This document shows positions 51,225 through 62,983 of a stretch of 64,000 nucleotides of DNA, piece after piece (within the stretch, counting starts at the first letter, position 1; every line of letters starts with the position of its first letter). The stretch lies in the NCBI GenBank assembly GCA_030770535.1, contig JASVEC010000015.1, positions 682,001 through 746,000 on the forward strand, in the 5' to 3' direction. The DNA comes from Batkoa obscura (Eukaryota). The notes beneath the pieces are model-generated. The model saw nothing but the letters and a program-made list of their open reading frames with translations, did not search any database and was not told the DNA's origin. A program made the translations under genes and the position numbers.

Positions 51225-52273
51225 ATGACTCATTAAATCAATAGATTCAGACACTATGATATAGCGGTTATGCTTGCAATCACTACGCTATTGTTATTTA
51301 CATTAACACTTTCTGAAAACTGAATAAAAAAACATTAAATGATCAACTGTCGAGAAATGAAAAGGTACGTTAAGCCAAACAAATACATAGGAGAAACACA
51401 ACTAGAAGTGAAAAAGATAAAAAAGCTGAATGTTGGTCCAAAGAAAGAAAAATTGATAAATAGAGAAATGAAAATACTGAAGTCGTTATGCATAACTCCT
51501 AGAGCTAAAAGAGATGTCAAAAATGATATCTTAGGATTATGGAGAACACACAAGTCTTTCTATCAATTAAAAATATACATTAATGCTGAAATAAACAACG
51601 TTGTTTATAGAAATATGTCCAAAGATATTTATGAAGCCTTTAAATTCTTTCTTATACCTGTACTTAGAGCAATTATTTTAGATCTATAACTCTATATTTT
51701 TATGACGGCACTTACATTGATACTAATATACTATGTATTAGACCAATTGACACCTGGAATGACAGAGTATCAGGTATGAATGTGATTGTTTTGACTGAGG
51801 CATATGACGTAGACCTTAACCTTAGGTGCCAAAAAGCTAATAATTATCCAAGTGGGATGCAATTCATTCAGTGGACGTTTTCATGTATTAAAGGACATCA
51901 AATATTATGGGATCTCATCAATCAAATCAAAAATATTACACTAGAGATAAATTCAAGAAGGAGACGAGATGATTATGATGATTTAGGTTGAATAGGTCCA
52001 GATGTTTGGTCTGATAGTGTTCTCGGTTATCTCAATATAAATAATATAAAGAAGATTGACATCCAAAGACCGATTCCACATAAATGAATATGGGAGTGTA
52101 TTTTTTTGAGAATTTTACTAACAGTCTTTGTACTCAAATAGTACTTAAAAGATAGAAAAAGTAATGAAATCAAAAAAAACATCCTTATATGTATTTTATC
52201 AATTGTTGGTTTTAGAGGAAGTAGAAGTTATAATCCCAAAACTAAAGCCAAACATTTGCTTTCTGGTAGCTGA
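51225..52273 (+). pseudogene. Och1/Hoc1-type GT32 mannosyltransferase pseudogene, interrupted by a MITE
   Basis: IPVLRA(frameshift)YFRSITLYFYDGTYIDTNILCIRPIDTW, QFIQWTFSCIKGHQIL, LG*IGPDVWSD, AKHLLSGS*K. Confidence 0.8.
52092..52186 (-). mobile_element. MITE copy (family 1)
   Basis: GGGAGTGT...ACATCCTT; ATAT on both flanks; lies inside the GT32 pseudogene. Confidence 0.85.
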
Positions 52274-53195
52274 AAAAGTAAATTAATAAAATTGGTTGGA
52301 TTGAATATTATGTTGATCTAGTGTTTATACGCCTTGATATAGTTGAACAATTACTTAATAAATATGATAAACAATTACGCTGTTTTCAACTTTATTATAA
52401 TATTTCAACTTTTTAGTGGCCATTAATCTTTTTTAGCAACCTAAAAAAATCACAAAGTACTCCCAATTATTTATCTTATATTCTAATATTTGCAGCATTT
52501 GTACTATATTTCTTGTGAAAAAACAAAAAAATTAAGAATGGGACATTTATTAAAATATAATTATTTTCTTATCCTGCTTTATTGCTTATATAAGAAAACA
52601 AAAAGCTGATCCTTTGGATAACTTTATACATTGTAACTAAATATTTCAAAGTATTAAACTGTAGTGTGCGCATAAGTTTTATAGCCACTTTTAAGATGAT
52701 TATAAATACAATAAGAAACAAAAAATCGGAACAAAAACTAGTACAAAAATTCAAACTTAATTATATAATATTCCCATAATCTCTTTTTATTTTGTTTCTT
52801 ACTATAGTTATAACCATTTTAAAAATGATCGTAGAACTTGCGTGCACTCTGTATTAAAATGAAAAATACATAAGACTGTGAAAGTTTACAACAAATGTTT
52901 TAGTTAAAAGCTCTTAGCGCTCAAATATGTTATTAAAATTTCCAATAGGTTCAACAAAGTTTTATCTGTTTATTTCATTTATTTACTTATTTATATAGTT
53001 CTCCTTTACTTTTGATTTTTATCTTTTATCTTGACTTTTTATTAGTTTTGTGAAGCATATACTCTCTCAATAAAAAATAAAAACAGCTTATTGCCCAACC
53101 GAAGGGATTCACGAAGAAAGCTATTTATTTTAATATAAATAGCTAATTATATTGATATATTTAATACAAACATAAATTGATATTATGACTCCTTA

Positions 53196-54737
53196 TCAGT
53201 TTCTCGACGTAAAAATAAGATCTAAATCTTTAATACAAACTAAACCTTTAACTGCTAATTTGGGCTGTTCCCATAGTCTAGAGGTAGGCCCGAGTTTGAT
53301 ATCAAATTTAAGAAGTAACATTGACAAAACTACCCTTTGCTCTATTAAAGAGAAAGATGTACCAACACCTAAAACATTAGTAACAAATAAGACAATGATA
53401 AAAAATGCTTACATGATCTTGTACCGGTACCAAAGGAAAGCCAATTTGAAACCTGGTCTGGATCTGAATATCTTTCAGGATCAAATATATTTGGATTTGG
53501 AAAATATTTTTCATTATGGTTAAGGTGCCAGGCCTGCAATACAACAAAATTACCTTTTTTAACTTTCAATCCATCATAAAAAGTATGGTCTTCATTACAG
53601 TATCTACGGACTTCATTAATAGAAGTAACTATCCTCATACTTTCTTTAATTACATTGGTGAGATATTTCATGTTTTTTTGCTCATCAAACGTTGGAATCG
53701 AGAATTCTTTTTTCCCTATAATTTCTTCAACTTCTCTCCTTGCCTTGTCTTGAATGTCCTATAATGTTATTAACAAATCGTTAATACAATAAATATATTC
53801 TTACAATGTTTTTTCCCAAATAATATAAACAAGATGTCAATGCACTAGCAGTTGTCTCATGACCAGCTAAAAAGAAAATAACCAAGTTACTTATCATTTC
53901 ATCCATACTCAGCGGATCTTCTACATCTTGTGTAGAGTTCATTAACATTAGGCTAATCAAATCGTTTTTATTATCGTCTAACTCCATTTTTTTCTTTTCA
54001 ATAACCTCTTTTAAAAAGTCACGAAACTGATGGTTTAATTTAAAAAACTTTTTGCGACTTGGTATTATTTTTTCTAATATCGGGAACATAAAAAATATTG
54101 GATTCCCTACTGCCTTCATTAAGTCTTGATACAATTTCAGATTAAAATCTGTCCCTTTACTTAAAGCATTAAATTCATAATTTAATAGACCTCTACCTAA
54201 AGCATCTAATGTTAATAACACTAATTCTTCATGGATATCAATTTTTGGACTAGCTTCAATCTTAGTAATAAGCTCCAGCGCACCTTTTGAAAAAAAATTG
54301 ATATCCCAACTAATCTTAAATGCCGGATTTACAATTCTTCTATGACGTTTCCAATCAATATTGTCAGAAAACAAAAGATTACTTTTACCAAAAAATTGAT
54401 TACTTAATAACATGTCTAAATTTTCATCGGGGTTTTTCTTCAAGAATATATTACTCTTATTATATACTTCTTTATGATGTAAAGCATCAGTTAATGTCAA
54501 TCCCCATTTCCCTCTCCTTTGAAAAACGGCACATCCCATCCTATCCAATTTGGGTTTAACTAATTTATCATACCTTTCTATAAAGGATTTTCCAGCTATA
54601 AGAGAAAAAATGATTTCATAAAAGTTTAGTTTCGGAATGCCCTTTAAATGCTCTGGCACTTTATTTTTGGTTCCTAAACCTAAAATAACCAACAATACTA
54701 CTCCCAAAATTATATATAGTCCTATATTCGATCCCAT
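53196..54737 (-). CDS. Cytochrome P450 (3 exons)
   Basis: N-terminal anchor, WKRHRR, AGHETT, KESMR (ExxR), FDPER, heme motif FGTGTRSCVG split by an intron. Confidence 0.95.
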
Positions 54738-55734
54738 TACAAGAAATGAATACTAAAATGCATAAATTTATTTATGTGTGATGTTAATGACAGTTATTTA
54801 TTATTGGCTATTTTATTATTAATTGCTGCAATTTTTTGAAAATGATTATAAAAAAATAACATCCATAACCACGTTATTAAATTTCGACACATGGACACAT
54901 GAGATTTCTACTTTAAGAAAATAAAAAAGATTGTTAAAGATGACAAATTTTACAGTTGATTAATAAATATATATTAGAAACAATTATTAAGGACACATTG
55001 TAATAACTATAGAATTATTATAATAACTCATTCAAAAATACCTTAATAAGCTTTTTTATTTATGTTTGTAAAGCGAAACGATTAGAGAATATATTTTTAA
55101 GCTTAAAAACGTTAGTTGACTTGAAAGCATACAATGGTAGCTCATAATATGAATTACAACAGTATTTTAAACTATAATAATAAGGATTGCTAAAATACTT
55201 TAACCTTTTAATCTTTTGCTTCCTGGGAGTACCTCTTAGGCATCAAAATTTAATTTTTTAGTCTGCTGAAAGCGCCTTTCAGGGACAATAAGTACTAATT
55301 AAATCATTGGTTAAATTTAAAGTTAATTTGAAAAATTAAGCTAGAAAATTAATATATAGTTTAATTTTTGACTCAGTTTTTTAGTTTAATTATTCAACCA
55401 TTGAAACTTCTAACTAATAAAACTTAACAAATTAAGCCAATCATTAAGCCCGTAGTTTAGTAACCTGAAAATCAATTCTGGTAATAAAAAGTCAACAAGA
55501 AATGGAAGAAAAACAAAGATGAAATAGTATTTAAACTTATATAAATTGATTTTGTTATAAAGCTTAATTATAAAACGTGTAGATATTGTTAAAACAAATG
55601 ATAAATAACAAAAGTACTCTTTTATATATAAAAAGATTATTAGCAGTTGGGTAATTATTTAAATACATGCTATATTCACATTTAATATTGGTGAGCTCAT
55701 ATTCAAATAGATAATTTATCATAACAAATCATGT

Positions 55735-57312
55735 TTATTTAAGCCTTGGTTCAAAAGCTATATCTGCGCCGGCTATATGTAAAAAGCCACTGGAATTAAA
55801 CTTTGGAGTTTCCCATTGTTTACAATTAGGCCCAAGGCGAATAGTATACTTTTGCAACAGCATTGAAAGTATAACCCTCTGCTCTATTAAAGAAAAGTGT
55901 AACCCAACACCTGAAAAATAAGTCAATATTTCTTTATATAATTAAGCTTAGTCTTACATGTTCTTGTTCCCATCCCAAATGGCATCCACACAGAGGATTC
56001 AATACCATGAGGATCTTTAAATCTGTCAGGATCAAACTTTTCTGGTTCTGGAAAATACTCTGGGTTTCGATGATGGAGATATACAAGTAACATAACCATA
56101 TCCCCCTTTTTAACTTGTGTACCATCACTTAAGGTTATATCCTTAGAAGCGTGTCTTCTCAATTGGTTTACAGTTGGAGAGATACGCATACTTTCTTTGA
56201 TGATACAATCAATATATGACAACTTTTTTTCCTGGTCATTAGTTGGGGCTTTAACTTCATCTGAATCTCCTACAACATTTAAAACTTCCTGGCGAGCTTT
56301 ATCTTGAATATCCTAATAAGGGGATTAATTTTTATAGAAATTTAGAATGAATAATAGTTACTTGATTTTTAGCTAAAAAATATAGTGTTGAAGTGAGAGT
56401 ATTGGCAGTAGTATCATGGCCAGCAAGGAAAAAAACGGTCAGGTTGTTTAGAATCTCTTCATTAGTTAAACCATCTACTTCATTTTCCATAGAATCACGG
56501 ATCATTAAAGAAACAATATCATCTTTTACTACACCTGATTCAATTTCCTTTCGTTTACTATCAATAATTCCTTCCAAGAAAACTCTAAAACATTGACCTT
56601 GCTGATGAACATATCTACGTGAGTCTATAAGCTTAGGCGCGAAGATGTCAAGGAAAGGAAATGTAATATAAATGAGATTAAAAATACCAGACATAGCTTG
56701 TTTATAATAAAGTAAGTTTTTATCTTTATCGCCATTCTTTAAAGCAAAAAAATCATAACTAAATAAACCACGACCTAAAACATCTAGGGTCAATTGCTGA
56801 AACATATCATTCATATCTGTAGGTATCCTATTTCGAGATTCGATTTTGTCAATAAGCTCATACCCACTTTCGGCAAAAATTTTTGTATCCCAAGATTTTT
56901 TAAAAGCTGGGTTAACTGACTTGCGATGGTGTCTCCATTCTGTTTTGTCTGATAAAACAATATTTGATTTACCAAAAAGCTTATAGTTTAATTGACCATA
57001 ATCAATTTGGTTTACTGGATTTTTATGGAAAACATTGGTATTCATCACAACTTCTTTAATAATTTTATAATCAGTCACTATTAAATTCCATGCTCTTGGT
57101 TGCCAAAGAAGGGTATAGCCTTCTTTATTTAAGTTTGGTCGATATAACTCTTCAAATCTTTCAACGATGGATTTACTAGATGCCGCATATTTTAAATAAC
57201 CATAAAAGGGAATCTTTTTTAGATGTCGGTATCGTTTGGGTCGATAAAAGATAGCAAAAGTACTAAATAATAATAATGATAAAAAAAGTAATGAAATCGT
57301 ATAAAAAATCAT
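55735..57312 (-). CDS. Cytochrome P450 (3 exons), tandem paralogue
   Basis: WRHHRK, AGHDTT, KESMR, FDPDRF, FGMGTRTCVG. Same two intron positions as its neighbour. Confidence 0.95.
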
Positions 57313-58331
57313 TTTCTGAGATAATCATCAGTTGAAAATTTTTATATGTTTATATATCATTTTCCATGTCTATTGATATCTATGTTTTGTAGTTTAATTT
57401 TAAAAAACTGACGTCTTTATCCGAAATCAAATTACCATTTATGCAAGTTGAGTAATATCAATGCAAATGCTTTTCAAACAAATGCTGGAATGGAAAAACA
57501 AAATTAATTTCAGTTTAGGCTTATGCAAAAACATGATTACAGAGTTATTAAAGCTTTTTTCGATATATCTAACAGTACATTTAAAAAAAAACTATGTTAA
57601 AATTTGTGTAATCACAAGATTTTGCGTAAATTATAGCTGTGCAAATAATATGCTTACAAAAACCGCTGCTAGATAAGTTGTAAAAGAACTGCAACAGTTA
57701 TAAATTTGTAAATCTGGTTAAACTTGAGCAATTTTTCCAATTTAGGATAGACTCAAAGATGCGGATTTTGTACAAAAACTCTTTTACCTCTATCTTTAAC
57801 TAGCAACACTTTAAATTTAAATTTTATAAATTAATAAAATATTTACTTTCATAGTATTTACCCCCAATTCTTAGCTTCACATTGAATCAAATGTGAGGAA
57901 AAAAGGGAACCCAGGTTTAAACTAATCCGTCTTTGAATAGAATTAAATGATAACATGAATTTATGGATAAACTCCCGAAAAAATCCCCGATTTAAGTGTA
58001 CTTTACATTTGTTATCAATATCAGAAACCATTACGCTATTACCAATATCAAAAGCCCTATTTTCATAGCTTAATATCCATTTTACTAAAAACAGTACCAT
58101 ATACTTTATTTGATAATTATTTCTTAATTAAAAGTATAACAAATTCATTTACACTGATCTTTAATTATTTAAACTACTTATATCCTCAAATGATAAATTA
58201 TATCATCATTTTATGTACTTTATTATATACATATTTATTATTTAGAATATAGCTATTAATTATTACAGGCTTTTAAGCAACCTGCCCCTTTAAAGTTAAA
58301 ACTACAGAAAATTTATTAAAGGATAAAATAT

Positions 58332-58426
58332 GAGAATATTTTTACTTCATTGGTTTTTCCATCTTTTAAGCATTATTTGAGCGAAAAAATTGCTAGCAAA
58401 ATTCTTAAACACAAAAATACATCCCC
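58332..58426 (+). mobile_element. MITE copy (family 1)
   Basis: GAGAATAT...ACATCCCC; ATAT on both flanks. Confidence 0.85.
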
Positions 58427-58641
58427 ATATGTTGAAATAGAAATAAAAGTATTTATTTCCTAATGCTTGGTTAACAATTTGCTTTTCAATTTATTCATTA
58501 GATGGTACTATTAAAAGCCATTAGAAATATCCAAAAGCTGACTAAAGTATATTGTTCATCTATTTATTAAATTACCCGAAGTTTAAATAAAAAGGTGACA
58601 AGAAAATTGTTTGAAGGCTAGTGTGTTTTCTTTTAGGAAAT

Positions 58642-58739
58642 GGGGATGTTTTTTTGGCTTCATTACTTTTTCCATCTTTTAAGCGCTATTTGAGTGGAAA
58701 AATTGTTAGTAAAATTCTTAAATACAAAAATACATCCCC
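58642..58739 (+). mobile_element. MITE copy (family 1), near consensus
   Basis: GGGGATGT...ACATCCCC; AAAT on both flanks. Confidence 0.92.
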
Positions 58740-59439
58740 AAATCTTGAAGGAGTGGAATCCTCAAGTGTTTTATTTTGGGATGAGGTTAGTAATTTCTAC
58801 AAAGAAATTTAAAACTTCAGCTATTAGATCATCTAATATATTGAATTTTCGATTTTAAAAGAAAAACTTATTAAAGAAATCGATAGAGTAATATTATTTA
58901 TAAAGGTGATCAAATAATTAAGATGAAAGCTGCGACAAAAGGTAATGTATATCAAAAATTTTGGAATAATGTTAATCTTGTAAATAAACTGACAGATTAC
59001 GTTTTTTTAACACTAAATAGTGGAAAATCTAATTAAAATTATTCTGTGCCATTTAGTAGAACCTTTATAAATGAAGTAATTCATAAGGTCTTGAAAATCA
59101 AATTTGACAAATGAAAATATATAGGTGGATATCATTTTTAGTCTCGAAGTTTTACCCCTTTTATGTAACAAAACTTGATAAAACAATCAAATTTTTGTCA
59201 CAAAAAGGATACTCAAAGTATACAATATAAAATCTACTGATAAATCATGGTCAATTATTGTTCTATTGAGGATAATCTAAGGAACCTTATTTTTGATTTC
59301 TGCTTTCAAAACGGGGTATTTACTTAATTGGCATAATAGTTCTTATAAGCTACTATTAGTTATACTATCAAAAAATGTGATATAACGTCAAATTAAGTAT
59401 AAAAACTCAAGTCGAAGGAAAAATTAATAAGGACTTTAA

Positions 59440-61766
59440 ATGAAAGAAATGAAAGAAATGAAATGGGAGTTATTTCAAAACAGACAAATACTATCAAAAA
59501 CTGTTTATCGAACACAGTACAAATGTGAGTACCAAGGAAGAATGAAAGAGCTGCAAAGATATCCAGGGGAAGAGAATCAAAAGCTGCATTTAAACTTATC
59601 AGCATACTATTTCGAACTACAAAAGATACAAACACTATTAAGAAATCAGAATAATCAATATATTGAGAATTTCACTTGGTTTCATTTGAATCATGATAAT
59701 CATTTCTTTATTTTAAAACCATATTTTAGCACGGTAGAATTGAATATAATGCTAAAGGAAGGGAAGATTTCGACTTGGAATCTAGAGCAGAAGTTAAATC
59801 TTTGTTACCAGATTGGGATAGGATTGAATTATTTACATCAGAATAATATCATACATCGAAATTTAACCAGTTCTAATATTCATTTGGACAGTGATAATAA
59901 ATTCGTTCCAAAATTAGTGGATATTGGGTTATTTAAGCTACTGGACGAGTTAGATACTAGAGAAAAAGTAATTTCATTATTTTGTTTTAACAATATTAAC
60001 AATACTATAAAGATCCAAAGAACACGCGAAGAATTATATTGGAAAGCACCTGAGTTTAAACAGATCAACTATAGTGTAGGGAGTATGGAAGGAGATATTT
60101 ACAGTTTAGGAATTCTGATTTATGAAATATTATCAGAAGAACCATGTAATCAAAATACTGATGAGATAGTCAATTGCGAAGAATGGAACCAAAAAATGAA
60201 ATTATTACCAAAAACAATTCGGACTTTAATAATCAATTGTATGGATAAGAAAGCTGAAATACGGCCTACTTGTAACTATATACTGACCATGCTTGAACCT
60301 TACCTGAACAGTGAATATTTGAGCAGTGTAGACTTTGCTTCTAAATTAAATCAAACTGACACTTCATTAATAAATGAGAAAGAGGAACAAGAGATATTAG
60401 AGAATGAAATAAAGATATACTATCAAATAGGCTTAGAATTTTTGGAAATGAAAGAATACATTAAAGCAGCAAACTTATTTGATTTTCCAGCTTGGCATCA
60501 TCATTCAGAAGCACAGTATCAATTAGGTAGTAAAATTTGAATTATTTGATAATAGTATTTATATTATTAGGAAGATTATATTTGTTTGGATTAGGAAGAG
60601 AACAGAATACAACGACGGGATTAATGTGGCTCGAAAAAGCAGCATCTCAACGCCATCTACAAGCCAAATTTTTAATCACTCAAGCCTACTATTTTCAATT
60701 AAACAACGGGCCGAAGTTAAAGCCTCAAGAAATAGTTTACAATTATCATAGATTAAGTAAAAAAGGCTATGTCCAAAGTTATATACATTTAGCATATTGC
60801 TATGAAACAGGATCAGGATTAGATTTAAACCATTCAACTGCAGCTGAATTATATACTAAGTATTTAAATCATTTTAATGTTTTAGATAATAATACAGATT
60901 ATAATAATAATGATAACAATAGTATCAAATATAACAATAATAAACAAGATATTTCAATCGCACTTTATAGATTAGGAAATATCTATGAAAAAGGGTTAGG
61001 AGTTGAAGAAAATATTGATTATGCTATAAAGCTATACTATAAAGGGATTCAATTTGATGATACACGTTGCTACTATAAATTAGGCTATTTGTATAAAGAG
61101 GGGACTGGAATAAGAAAAGATGTAGTAAAAGCAGGCCAATTTTTTGAGAAAGCAATGAAAGCGATGCATCCAGAAGCGATATATTACTTGGGTAAAATGC
61201 ATTTAAAAGGAGTTGGTAAAGTAATGGACCATGAAAAAGCTAAAGAACTTTTTGAATTAGCAGCACACTATAAATCAGCTAAAGCATATCATCAACTCGC
61301 GTATATGTATGATTTAGGAATTGGGGTTGAAAAAAATCACCAGGTAGCTTTTCAATGGTATTTGAAGGGCGCTAAAAGTGGAAATCAACTTTCACAAAAC
61401 AATGTAGCCAGGTTTTATCATTTAGGAATGGGTGTTAAAAAAGACCTCGAACAAGCTATTTATTGGTATAAAGAATCTTCAAAACAAGGAGTAGCTCAAG
61501 CTTTTGTTAATTTAGGTAAATGCTATGCAAAAGGACATGGGGTTCAAAAGGATAATAGTAAAGCATATCATCATTTTAAATTAGCAGCAGAAAAGAATGA
61601 CCCCAATGGATTATTTAAGTTAGGACAATGCTACGAAATTGGTTTTGGAATTGATAAAGATTTAAACTTATGTTTGAAATATTATAAAAAAGCAGCAGAT
61701 GAAGGGTTAGAAACAGCAAGGAAACGATTTGATTTGATTTGTTCTAAAGTTAAAGTTAAAGTTTAA
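59440..61766 (+). CDS. Tyrosine-kinase-like pseudokinase fused to Sel1-like repeats (2 exons)
   Basis: Intron 60527-60570 joins the two ORFs. GLNYLHQNNIIHRNLTSSNI, LVDIG, WKAPE, DIYSLG; many AxxxLGxxYxxGxGVxxD Sel1 repeats. Confidence 0.9.
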
Positions 61767-62099
61767 TGTCTATATAACTGATGGTTCAATAATTCAAATT
61801 TAGTATACTTTAAACCTCAAGTGTTTTGATGATTGAAAGATTACATTGAGAATTATCAGCATCATGGTATTCAGCTATAGTAAAAAATCCAAAGATCAAA
61901 GCCACACGCCTTATTTATAGATTGGCTATAAAGCATTCCAGAAATAAATAACTTATTTTGATATTAAATTTGTATGGACAAATAAAGCGATTTTAAAAGC
62001 TGCTTTAGTTTGTTTTTAATCAAAGTATTAAAATTCAGAGTAGCAGTTAAAAGCGCTTTCATTCGTAAAGATTCAAAGACCTCTGTTTTTCTAATATTT

Positions 62100-62198
62100 G
62101 GCGATGTATTTTTTTGTTTAAGAATTTTGCTAATAAATTTTCCGCTCAAATAGCGCTCAAAAAATGGAAAAAGTAATGAAACCAAAAAAAATATCCTC
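62100..62198 (-). mobile_element. MITE copy (family 1)
   Basis: GGCGATGT...ATATCCTC; flanked by a 7-bp AATATTT direct repeat. Confidence 0.9.
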
Positions 62199-62652
62199 AA
62201 TATTTTTACTAATTCTCTGATTATACAAAACTATTAACATAATTTAGTTTAAATTTTATTAAATGTCATAATCGGACCAATTGTGGTGTTTGTTATTATT
62301 ATGAACTGGTGCTGTTAAGCTCAGCTTTGAATGATATACTGTATACCAATGTTGACGTATCACTCTATAGCTAAATCTTGCATTATAACTTTTTCTTAAA
62401 CTATATTTACATCTAATATGATTTTGAATGTTATTAGATTTCATATCAAATAAATTAAGTTGTTTTTATTTGAAAGTTTATATCTGATTTTTTAAATTCT
62501 TAAAAATTCTTTTATTAAATAATAATGACAAATTGTCAAGGACATAACATTTAGATTACAAACAATGCTCCAGCTGATGACTAGACATGCTGTGTGTATT
62601 CAATGTATCTTAACCACTTCTTCAATAACTAACTTTCAAAAAGAGGAGAAAA

Positions 62653-62725
62653 CACTCCCTGCGGGACTCGAACCCGCAATCCTCAGATTAGAAGTCTGAT
62701 GCCTTATCCATTAGGCCAAGGGAGC
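62653..62725 (-). tRNA. tRNA-Arg (anticodon UCU), intronless
   Basis: GCTCCCT TGGCCTAATGGATAAGGC ATCAGA CTTCTAA TCTGA GGATT GCGGG TTCGAGT CCCGC AGGGAGT G forms a full cloverleaf, followed by TTTT. Confidence 0.97.
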
Positions 62726-62983
62726 TTAATATTGACAGCACATACTGATATAACATTTTTAAAATTTTTAAAAGTAGGCAATCGATCGATTATAGTTACA
62801 AAAGAACAAAATTTGAAATTCATTTAAATAGTGACATAAGATGACATATTGGATGACGAAAGTTTTACTAGACATAAAACGTTAAACTGAATTGATTTTA
62901 TGAGCTAAATGTGACGTTATCAAAGAAAAGGGTATATAAATCAAACATACTAACCCTTTAATTTTAAATAAAAATTATCAATT

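Noticed and set aside
51989..52273. TGA-as-Trp genetic code reassignment
   Set aside because: Intact genes here use TGA as stop (HSDL2 copies, P450 at 53196) and TGG for Trp; the locus has other disabling lesions.
57858..58960. Coding-like fragments around the two MITEs as a cognate transposase remnant
   Set aside because: No DDE or other motif recognised; frames are too broken.
6613..62198. Dispersed repeat as CRISPR array, solo LTR or TA-targeting mariner MITE
   Set aside because: Copies are dispersed in both orientations in a eukaryote with no regular spacers. The 4-bp TSDs vary by site and place the ends at GGGG/CCCC rather than TG/CA.
6611..62200. Short similar ORFs (6611, 7506, 10806, 21507, 58621, 61964) reading 'FKRYLSGK' or 'LKKWKSNE'
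   Set aside because: They are chance translations of the MITE, not a peptide gene family.
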